The notes below the pieces were generated by a model, which was not told the DNA's origin, did not search any database, and saw only the letters and a program-made list of their open reading frames with translations. The position numbers and the translations under genes were made by a program. A stretch of DNA of 64,000 bases from Octopus vulgaris (Eukaryota). This document shows positions 53,151 through 64,000 of the stretch, piece after piece (position 1 is the first letter of the stretch; every line of letters begins with the position of its first letter). The DNA lies in the NCBI GenBank assembly GCA_951406725.2, contig OX597815.1, positions 105,772,001 to 105,836,000 of the forward strand, written 5' to 3'.

Positions 53151-54829
53151 CATCTCTCATCATCAATTTGCAAAGACTTATAATTTGTAACTGCCACATT
53201 ACCTATGTATGGATGGAATATCCACTCTCTTGACTGAATGCTACTATGGCTATAATTCTTTTATTTGAAGAATGTAATATGAAAAATGTGCCTTGTCTAG
53301 TTGTGTAACTTCTCTTAGCCATGCTAATTAGTTTCAATGGAAGGAGAAGAATTGATAAATTTGAAAACCAAGCAAAGTTGCAAGGGATACAAAAAGTATA
53401 GTCTAGTAGCAGATCTATCCACAACTCCCCACAGGTCCCTTCATTTTGGATTTATTCAAGGTTTTTCTCTTTAGTTGTTTGCACTATCATACTAGTCTGC
53501 AAAGTGTAGCAGAGGTTACGTTTTTCTTTGGCACTTTTGATTCACTAAATAGCCCTGTCTATGGAACTTTGATATATTTTATAGGAAAGTAGGAACTACC
53601 TATCCATCCTATCTCTTGCTACCAGTTGGTTCACAAGTTATTTTATTTGATAAGTTAACTCTAGGGGCCATCCTAATATCCACCATCTGCAGACAAACTG
53701 AGTTAGGGTTAATCACCTACCATCATCATTGTTTTATGTCTAATTTCTATGCTGGTTGGTTGGATGGGTTGACACAGTCCAAGTTAGTTCTTATTCAGAG
53801 TTAATGTCCTCCTAGAAGAGTGGAAGCCCACATCTTCCTCACATGTTCTTTTTTCAACATGATTTCTATAGGTGGATCTTTTTCTTGACACAGTGTGTAC
53901 TAAGTGCACTTTACCATGGAACCATCACCAGAAAAGTTGTCATGTCCTTGACAGATCAATACTAAAGTATATTCTTGACCTTACAGTATGTTCCTCATTT
54001 GTCAACCACGTTACAGAATGTATTAGGCACATATTGCAGCAGCAGCACTTGCGAAGTTGCCTCATACTCCTTAAGACAAAATTATTCTATGTTGTCTCCA
54101 CTCATTCAGGATAATAAATATGATCAGCATAGAGAGTCGAAGGTGAATGCAGCAGTTGAACTGGAGTGAGTGAGGAAAAGAAACAAGTGAATGATGGTGA
54201 AGAACAGGGTGATTAGAACAAGTGTAGATGGAGAGGGAGACTAGAAAGGAGTTTCACTAGGATAATAGAAGAAAGACAATAATGATAAAGTGTAATGAGA
54301 AAGAGACTCTCTGGTTGCTACATGTTTGCTGGCAAAAGAGAAAGAGATGAATATCAATAACAAGTCACCTGGAAGAAAGGGATTATATTCAATGCTGAGA
54401 GAGAGAGAGCAAGATGGCAATGGTAAGAGAGTGAGGGATGTCAATAAGTGTGACTAGTGTAAGACTGAGTGGAAGTTAGCAAAACACAAGGGTAGATGGA
54501 AGAGTGTATTAGATGCTAACAGATCTGATTCAATCTTTTGTTACTCAGGCATCATAATGCAAGGAGGAGAAATGTAGAGAGATTTGGATGGTGGGTAGAG
54601 TTGTGATAGATCTAATATTATCCCTCATTAAAAAGGTAGCAGAGTACAGAACATAGGAGAGGGATTAACAGAGAAATAATAGGGTATTCTATAAGCAAAA
54701 TGGACAGCACGTCAAGACTTGGGAAAACAAAATGGGAAACTGGCTCATATGCATGTGTTTGAATGTTACATCACAGCCGCATTCACTATCCCCATTTTAA
54801 CACATGTTTTGCTATGTTTGCATGGTTAA

Positions 54830-55830
54830 GTGAGTATTCTGTTGTACCATGTGTCACTAATAGTCACAGCACTTTGTCACCTGTTTTATGAGATCAGTCT
54901 TTATCCCTTCATCAAGTCTTCCTGCATCTCCCTCTTCCACTAGTTCCATTCCCTTTCAGCTGTCAAACTCAGTATACCTCATATGTCCATACCCGCACTG
55001 TCATTTGTCTTGCACACTACATCTGTTTCCTTTTACATCCAGGTTTTTCTCTTATGTCATTTGTACTCCATCATTCATACCCTCTAACATTACATATCCA
55101 GTAGACTTCATTGTTTCCTTCTAGTCCCTGCAAGTTGTCTGCAATCAGGACCCACTGTCACTACTACACTGACTTGTGTAGTTTGTACACAAGCCTCATC
55201 CAATTTACTTTCCACTCACAAAGGAAGCTTTTTGCTGTCAACAGAGACAATAACTCTCTGAAATTTTTCTGCCTCATTATTACATTAGTTACTCTGCTTT
55301 CAAAACACCTGCTCCCACTACTAATTAGGTCATCTAGGTAAGAAAAGTGATCAATTACTTTTAAGGACTTTTCTTGCTTTTTGAAAGAATATCCTATGAG
55401 CTTTTATTGCCCCAGTGTACAAATGAAGTTTACTTTCTTTGTTAGATTGTCTGTCATCCCACTACACTCCTTATGCATCTGTAGTTTATACTGGATACAA
55501 TTTATAAAATTTCTACCTACTCCTTTTCTGTGTATTGAGCATCACTTTTACTCCAGTAGCATTAGTGTTCTGGGTTTTTTTCCCCCTATTTATTAAAACT
55601 CTGAGGACTCTCAATTCAGGTTTTGTTTCCATTTCTAGATTTTGTTTTATAAATTTACTCTAGATTTTGCTGTGAAAATTAGTTTATCTGCATAAAGGAG
55701 TTCCCCCAGACAACTAGTCTTAAATTTCTCTATTATAACTTAGAGGACTAGAATACAAAAACAAGATTAAGAACTGAACTTTAGTGAGTCTCACCATTCA
55801 CACTGAGTTTGTCACTGTTTCTTTGTTAAT
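54830..55830 (-). mobile_element. Degenerate RTE LINE fragment
   Basis: Minus strand gives WGNSFYADKL, SYLDDLISSGSRCFES and KFQRVIVS, colinear with the 58577 element. Confidence 0.7.
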
Positions 55831-55842
55831 TCTCACTTCTAA

Positions 55843-56258
55843 GTCAGTAGCTGGGGTGGATGCTCTGAGAGCATAGCTGCTGGAATAAGAATAGCCTGGG
55901 CAAAGTTCAGAGAGTTCCTACCTCTGCTGGATGAGGACAGCTATGTGAAAAAGTGTCACACTCTAACATTGGAAAGAAGCTGTGGAAGAGGACCTGGGAT
56001 GAGGTGGTGAAGCACAACCTTCAAAGGTTGGGCCTCACAGAGGCAATGACAAGCGACCAAGACCTTTGGAGTTATGTTGTGCTTGAGAAGACCCAGCAAG
56101 CCAAGTGAAACTATAACCATGGCCTATGCCAGTGTCACATAACCGGCCCATTTAAAAGTACCCTTCAATTATTGAGCATTAAACTATGCTTGAGAAGACC
56201 TGTTGAGTCAAGTGAAATCATTGTCATGGCCAGTGCCAGTACTGCCTGACTGGCACCA
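55843..56258 (+). mobile_element. Internally deleted RTE 3' fragment
   Basis: Matches 59824-59912 joined directly to ~60168 onward, then continues into the 3' UTR. Confidence 0.8.
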
Positions 56259-58559
56259 CTACTTTATTATTTCCTCTTCTTCCTAGCTCTCCTGTGTGAC
56301 CCCTCTGACCGACATTCACCATGATAGATCGCTAGCCACTAAACCTTTTTCTATTTTCTCTCCCTGTTTATTTGTGTTCCTTTCTGTCAAAGAGCTTAGG
56401 CTCGAAACGTAAAAGACTTTGTCACTTCCCTAGTGTTAAACTAATACATCTGTTTGTTGTTTGCACACCCGTCATTGTCTTTTGGGTTTTTTTGTAAATT
56501 CTCACTAACTTTGTACCTACTCAGTTGCACTGTAGCTCTTTCAATAACTTCCATACCTTGATCAATCAACTTTGTGCCCCTATAATTTCCTTTATCTCAT
56601 GCTTCTTTTTTACTCTTATAGCAGTTTACTATAACTCTGCTCTGTCAATCATCAGATGTGACACCTTCCTGCACTACCTGACTGACTATGTGCATAACCT
56701 ACCCTGCCAGATATTTTCACTGTTTCATTGACTATACTTGACAGTCAAGCTGCCTGCCCTGTCTGCATATTTTTAGTTCTATCAACAATAATTCTATTAG
56801 TGTGTGTGGCTAGACACTCTGTTGAATCTACCTAAATGAGGCCCTCTTCTCTTTTTCAACAGTTTCTCAAGAAAGTACTTCTTTTTCTTTTCACTGTCAG
56901 TCAAGGCAAGTATACAACTATCATTTCAAATATATTTCCTGATAACATCCCAATTTTCTCTAGCACATAGTCTTGCAATTCAGAACAACTCACACCTTCA
57001 ATCTGCATGTCACAGATATATGCAAACTTCCATTTTTGTCTGCTTTTCTCAAAATATTATTTTGGCTACTCCTGTTTGATGATCTCTATTTCATTGATTT
57101 ATTTATGGTGCTTGTGAGTCCTATCTTAGCTTTGAAAGTTCTTTCAGTACAAAGTGTTTCAAATGGCAGATTATGTTTTGGTTCTGCTGAAAATTTTGTT
57201 TATGCTACCTCTCTTTTTGTTTTCTTCCAATATTGTGCATCTATTGACTTCAAAAGTTACTATTCCATCCTTGATATTGGTTTTCAGAATTTCTATCTAT
57301 GACACTAGTTTACCTGTTATTAATGTTTTTATATATTTTCATAATGGCTTATGAGATATCTCCAAATCTCTTGTTATTCATCTGTATTACATGTGTCATC
57401 TTTAAACAAAATTTGTTTCAATCAACTTTCATCTTTAATTTTCATCTTTAATATGACTCCTGGTTCTTGATGATGAAAACTTCAATACATAAGTTTTTCT
57501 TGTCTTCTGAGCTGATATTTAAGATGTTTTGATGACTGCATTATCAGAACCTTTCAAATTGCCTTCAAATGTTTTCCGTTTGTTGTCTATATCTTCTTAT
57601 CCAGACAAGAATATTGGAATTACCACATCTCTATACACTAATGTTTTGGTGTCTATTTAAATATCATAATTAGGGAAAAATGTCCTCTTTGGAGACATCC
57701 CAAAAGTATCCCAGCACATGTAAAATGATGAATGATTTTATCAACATTAGAGCTAAGGAAACTTTCAAAGTATAGAAAATGCTTACATTTAGCAGAGTAG
57801 GTTCACCATGTTGAATCAGTGGTTTGTCTCAGTTGGTGATGGTCTGCAAATTATTTGATTCTTTTTAGAGTTGATGCTTACTCTAAGTTTCTTGTATATA
57901 CATCTGAAGGCAGTCGGTATCTATTGCAGATTTTTTTTTTTTTTAAGAAACTGCATATTAGAGTTGGCTAAGGAAACTTGTAGATGTCTTGCTTTTGAAC
58001 TTTAGATAAGCAAGGTTGAACATTCTGTCTACAGAACATCTGTTCTGCAAACAAATTCAAATATTTGATGTAAGTCATGCTTGATAATGTTAATGATTGT
58101 TGCAGGGCAAATGGTTAACAGTGCAGGAACAGTTACACACCTTTGTTGTCCTTTTATTCTGATTCTGGCATTAAGAAGGGCATCCAACTGTAGAAACTCT
58201 TCCAGATCAGTTTGGAGTCTGGTGCAGGCATCTGGTTCGCCAGTCCTCAGTCAAATCGTCCAACCCATTCTAACATGGAAAGCAGACGTTAAATGATAAT
58301 GACGATGATGATGATGATGATGATATATATATATGCATATATGTATGTATGCATGTATGTATGTATTTGTGTATAAATGAATAAATACACAAATATTTAT
58401 ATATCACCATCATGTAACATCCGTTACCCATGCTGGCATGGGTTGGATGGTTTGTCCAGGGCCAACAAGCTCCAGACTCCAGTCTGATTTGGCATGGTTT
58501 TCTATGGCTATGTGCATGACACCAGTATCTGCCATGACTGTGATTTTACTCAGCTTGAT

Positions 58560-60790
58560 GAGAGAAATGTGTTCACATGGATCATGGTTCACTTGCGCTA
58601 AATGAGGATGCAAAGAGAGAGGTTTGGAGACGCCACTATGAAAGGTTGCTGAATAAAGAAAATGAATGGGATAAAGAGAGTCTGCCGAATGTCGACCCAA
58701 CAGAGGGACCAGCTATCCGAGTTGACAGTTCCTTGGTAGTTAAGGCAATTAGAAGCATGAAGACAGGGAAAGCCCGAGGCCCATCAGGAATTACTGCAGA
58801 GATGCTCAAAATATCTGGTAGTGTCGGCTATAGCCTAGTCACCCGTATAGTTAATCAGGTGATACACGAAGGAATCATACCCAATTACTGGTGTAGCAGC
58901 ATAATAGTCAACTGCTACAAAGGTAAAGGTGACGCCCTAGATACAAATAATTACAGAGGTATCAAGCTGTTGGATCAGGTAATGAAGGTTATGGAGAGGG
59001 TCATAGCCCAACTAATTAGAGAGAGAGTTAGTTTAGATGAAATGCAGTTTGGGTTCGTGCCAGGGAAAAGTACCATTGATGCTATATTCCTGGTAAGGCA
59101 GCTGCAGGAGAAATATCTAGCCAAAGATAAGCCCCTGTACCTGGCTTTCGTTGACATGGAGAAAGCCTTTGACAGGGTCTCCCGATCCCTTATCTGGTGG
59201 TCAATGAGGAAACTAGGGATAGATGAATGGTTAGTGAGAGCTGTGCGAGCCATGTACAGGGACGCCGCTAGTAAGGTGAGGGTTGGCAACAAGTACAGTG
59301 AAAAATTCCTGGTAGAGGTAGGTGTCCACCAAGGCTCAGTCCTCAGCCCCCTCCTATTTATCATAGTCCTCCAGGCAATAACGGAGGAATTCAAGACAGG
59401 ATGCCCCTGGGAGCTCCTCTATGTTGATGACCTTGCTCTAATTGCTGAGTCACTATCAGAACTGGAGGAGAAGTTTCAGGTGTGGAAGCAAGGATTAGAA
59501 TCGAAGGGCTTTAGAGTCAATCTAGCTAAAACCAAAGTCCTAATAAGTAGGAAGGTAGACAAATCACAAACGCCTCCAAGTAGATGGCCCTGCTCGATCT
59601 GTAGAAAAGGCATAGGTAGAAACTCTATAAGATGTACCCAGTGTAAGCTATGGACACATAAGAGGTGCAGCAATGTCAAAGGAAGGCTAACTAGGAAGAT
59701 AGTTTTTGTATGTTGCAGATGCTCAGGAGCAATAAACACTGAAAATGCTCTGAGACCAACTTCTGCCACATTCCAGGGAGAAAAACTAGTAGTAGTTGAT
59801 AGCTTCCGTTACCTAGGTGACCAAGTCAGTAGCGAGGGTGGGTGTGCTGAAAGTGTAAGTGCTAGAGTAAGAATAGCTTGGGCAAAGTTCAGAGAGCTCT
59901 TACCTCTGCTGGTGACAAAAGGCCTCTCGCTCAGAGTAAAAGGCAGACTGTATGACGCATGTGTATGAACAGCCATGCTACATGGCAGTGAAACATGAGC
60001 CGTGACTGCTGAGGATATGTGTAAGCTCGCAAGAAATGAAGCCGGTATGCTCCGATGGATGTGTAATGTCAGTGTTCATACTCGACAGAGTGTAAGTACC
60101 TTGAGAGAAAAGTTGGACCTAAGAAGCATCAGTTGTGGTGTGCAAGAGAGACGTTTGCGCTGGTATGGATGAAGATAGTTGTGTGAAAAAGTGCCACACC
60201 CTAGCGGTTGAGGGAACCTGTGGAAGAGGCAGACCCAGGAAAACCTGGGACAAGGTGGTGAAGCACGACCTTCAAACTTTAGGTCTCACCAAGGAAATGA
60301 CTAGAGACCGAGACCTTTGGAAGTATGCTGTGCGTGAGAAGACCCAGCAGGACAAGTGAGACCATAACCCGTGGCCTCTACATGGGATGTAGCCAGTCCA
60401 CTTATGCATACCTTTCCTTCTTAGGACACAAAACTCTACTTGTGAAGACCTGTTGAGGCAAGTGAAAATCCAAAATCAAAATTGAAATCGATCAACATCA
60501 ATGGAAATTGCAGCTGTGATACCAGTGCCGGTGGTACGTAAGAGAACCATCCAAATGTGGCCATTGCCAGCGCCGCCCCGACTGGCCTTGTGCCGGTGGC
60601 ACGTAAAAGGCACCATCTGATCGTGGCCATTGCCAGCCTTGCCGGCCCCCATGCCGGTGGCACGTAAAAAAGCACCATCCGATTGTGGCCGTTTGCCAAC
60701 CTCGGCTGGCACATAAAAATCACCCACTACACTCACGGAGTGGTGGGCGTTAGGAAGGGTATCCAGCTGTAGAAACATTGCCAGATCAGT
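58560..60790 (+). mobile_element. Young 5'-truncated RTE-clade LINE (RT with PHD-like finger); open ORF 58577-59968
   Basis: YKGKGDALDTNNYRGIKLL, QFGFVPGKST, FVDMEKAFDRV, GVHQGSVLSPLLF and LLYVDD. Premature TGA at 59966 and 59996, a small deletion near 60167, natural stop at 60359, and a UTR lacking the terminal tail. Confidence 0.95.
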
Positions 60791-60834
60791 AAATCGAGCC
60801 ACAACAATATGCCATATATATACATACACACACA

Positions 60835-60929
<95 letters not shown>

Positions 60930-60939
60930 GTAGATAGAC

Positions 60940-60990
<51 letters not shown>

Positions 60991-61058
60991 TTTCAATATG
61001 GAGCAAATAATTCAGGAGAAAATATTTGCGAAGGTATCATTTACTCTATTATTATCTA

Positions 61059-61102
<44 letters not shown>

Positions 61103-61557
61103 TGTAAATTCGATTAGAGGTTATGTTAACTTCATGAAGGGATGGTTTCATCCAAGGAAATACTGGTTCAGTACCTTGTATTTTGGGGTAATTAAATTCC
61201 TTCCGAACGTGGCCGATGCCAGCACCGCCTTGACTGGCTTTTGTGCCAGTGGCATGTGAAAAGCACCATCTGATCATGGTTGATGCCAGCCCCTTCTGGC
61301 TCTTGTGTCAGTGGCACATTAAGAAGCATCCGCTACACTCTTGGAGTGGTTGGTGTTAGGAAGGGCATCCAGCTGTAGAAACACTGCCTGATCAGACTGG
61401 AGCCTGGTGCAGCCTCCTGGCTTCCCAGACCTCAGTCAAACCGTCGAACCCATGCCAGCATGGAAAGCAGACATTAAACGATGATGATGATGAGGAGGAT
61501 GATGAATATGTATATATATAAAAACATAGTTTATTTTCATATAAAAGAAGAACAAGG

Positions 61558-62360
61558 AAATGGAGATTGAGAAGTTAATAATTGTTTATTATTAACAGCA
61601 AATTAATCATCAACTCTTACAGCTATTTCAGTCAGAATTGATTGACCAACATGGATCTATGTTAACTTCTTCTTAGGGGTGATGGGTAAAAAATGTAAAT
61701 GCATATATATATACTGTAAATTTGATTAGAGGTTGTGTTAACCTCATGAAGGTAGATGTATGTGTGGGTGTGCATATGTATTAATGTGTTTGTGCATGTA
61801 CATGTATGTGTATATATGCATATATACATATATGCACGGATGTGTGTGTACATATGGATGTATGTATATGTGTGGGTATATGTGTGTGTCTCTGTGTAGA
61901 TATATATGGACATTCAGATGTATCCATGTATGTGTGTATATGTATGTATGCGTACTTGCATATATACAAATTTTCTTAACTTTATTTATACATTATAAAC
62001 GAATATTCCATTCTTACCTTATTTATATTTAAATTTCCTCCATCCTCTCTATTTAATTTATTCATTTATTACTCTAATTCTATTTACCTACTCTATCTTA
62101 TCTCCAATCAACATGCAAACCCCTTGCCCAAACATATAAAAATAGAAATCATAAACAGTATCATGCAGTCTGCTATAACGAATCCATAAATACATATAAA
62201 ACATCCAAGTGTATATTTTTTCCTCTGAAGATATTATACTCAGGTCATATAAATTTAATATTTAATTAATATTTACTCACTAGTAATTGAAACAGCTGTA
62301 AAGGATAATGATTAATTTGCTGTTAATAATAAACAATTATTAACTTCTTAATCTCCATTT
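61558..62360. repeat. 73-bp inverted repeat (61558-61630 / 62288-62360)
   Basis: GAAGTTAATAATTGTTTATTATTAACAGCAAATTAATCAT and its exact reverse complement are both present. Confidence 0.9.
62221..62305 (+). ncRNA. Penelope-type hammerhead ribozyme motif
   Basis: TCCT-CTGAAGA-TATTATACT..AGTAATT-GAAAC AGCT GTA|AAGGA: palindromic stem III, GUA triplet and a slightly imperfect stem I. Confidence 0.7.
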
Positions 62361-63028
62361 TCTTTTCTGCTTATATATATATATATATATATACACATGT
62401 CAATACACACACACACATGCACACACATATATATCATCATTGTTTAACATCTGTCTTCCATGCTTGCATGGGTAGGACAGTTAGCAAGACTGTAGTAGTT
62501 ACAAGACTACTCCAAGCTGCTGTGTCTCTTTTGACAGAGTCTTTATGGCTGGATGCCCTTCCTAACACCTACCACTCTGCGGAGTGGATTCTGCTTTTTA
62601 CATGGCACCAGCACTGGCAGGGTTGCTAAATAACTTGTAAGACAAGGAATTGGGGTGGGGTGCATTGGAAGAATGGAACTTGTATCATATGATGAAATGT
62701 TAGAGTGTGACAGAGAGACAGGGAGGCAGAAACAGGTATCTTGTTATAAAGGAGGGGGTATTGGAGGAGGTGATCTTGTGTTAGATGATGAAAGGATAGA
62801 GTGTGACAGAGAAATAGAGTGACAGAAACAGATGTCTTACTATAGAGGAGGTACGTGGCTACCTGGCTTACTGCTGTTTCTGCTATAAGATAGGGTGGAC
62901 TCTTAGTTGAGTATCAGGATAACATCAGAGCCTTGAATATGAAGTGCACTTTATTTAGGATAGTTACATTATCAGAACATACAAGCGTTGAGTGAGAAAG
63001 TCTTATATTGTATGTGTGTATATATATA

Positions 63029-63080
<52 letters not shown>

Positions 63081-63164
63081 CATACATACATACATACATA
63101 CATACATACACACATATACACGCACACACACACACACATGCATGCACACAAATGCACATTTTAA

Positions 63165-63373
63165 CCCTTTAGTATTTAAACCAGCCACATCTGGCCCAAA
63201 CATTCTGTTCGATCCAGCCAAATCTGGGCTTTCACACATTCCCTACAATATCATTTTAAAAATAAACAATTGTATCATCAAAATCTCAAAGTTAAACGAT
63301 AATGTATAATTAATTCAAAACAATGTAAACAAATAAGCATTATATTTGACAGAGTAATCTGAATGATAAAAGG
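63165..63373. mobile_element. TTAA MITE, second copy
   Basis: TTAA|CCCTTTAG..ATAAAAGG|TTAA, colinear with 48237-48457. Confidence 0.8.
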
Positions 63374-64000
63374 TTAAACTACTGAATATCTTAACTCATG
63401 TATCTAAATTTAAGGAAATTGAATCAAATGCAGTTCCCTTTTCTCTGCTCCTCTTGCTTTAACACAGCCACAAACAGCAGCTCTTTGCTTGGTCAAAAAT
63501 TGTTTAAATAGGTTACAACTAATACCTTTCCAGTCACTTTGAATTCTTCCCACTAAATCTTAATGTTCAAGTGATGTTATTATGTCATCAGTTTCTTTCT
63601 CTGTGCAACATGTTCTTGCAGTTTTGGCATTTGGTAGGTTCTCCCATATTTCTACATCTTCAGTCTCCCTCAGCATCATGACTGTTCATGTCTTTCTGGA
63701 TTGGTAGATCTCAAAATTTTAAGGTTATAGGTAGTTGAAGAGACCCACTCTTTTGATATACCCCTGAACTATTAATTGTTTCCTGATGTAAATACCACAC
63801 TTTTTCTCCTTGATCTCCACTCTCAACAGAACTGTTTTTTATATGAGCAGTGGTCAAGCAGTACAGGTGTATAGGCTAAACTACAAGCAGCAGATCTTGT
63901 ATATGCCCAACAGTTTTAACCTATCTATGGCTTTCAACCTATCTTTGCTTTATGCCATGATCTCAGCACCTCTACTCAATCAGACAGTGAGTTAATGTAC

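Noticed and set aside
58405-58556. Twin-priming 5' inversion of the 58560 RTE
   Set aside because: The inverted tail resembles a different, more diverged subfamily (like 36620-36745) and no TSD was found. It is probably an older neighbouring copy.
60525-60730. CRISPR-like repeat-spacer appearance of the UTR units
   Set aside because: The 'spacers' are homologous to each other, the context is a eukaryotic LINE UTR, and there are no cas genes.
63414-63500. Possible next CCDC171 exon (EIES-like peptide)
   Set aside because: The acceptor is weak and the required phase gives a non-matching peptide.

Overview
This is AT-rich, microsatellite- and transposon-dense eukaryotic DNA. The SINE/RTE repertoire suggests an octopus or other cephalopod genome (inference). 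Five small phase-compatible + strand exons (18616-43518) encode part of a coiled-coil protein that resembles CCDC171. The rest is intronic or flanking DNA packed with mostly dead mobile elements: RTE LINEs and their 3'-tail derivatives, tRNA-derived SINEs, a Dong/R4-like element in (TAA)n, a HERO/NeSL-like element, CR1, a gypsy pol relic, a Naiad-type Penelope-like element, Tc1/mariner elements, hAT and TTAA MITEs, and a Helitron-like fragment. Two non-coding RNA signals stand out. First, several unrelated inverted-repeat or TA-anchored units carry minimal type I hammerhead ribozyme motifs with a palindromic stem III, as in Penelope pLTRs and retrozymes. Second, the RTE 3' UTR holds a variable-copy tandem array of small predicted H-type pseudoknots, and its terminal module is shared with SINEs. 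All family assignments come from motif recognition by eye; no database searches were run, and boundaries of degenerate elements are approximate.
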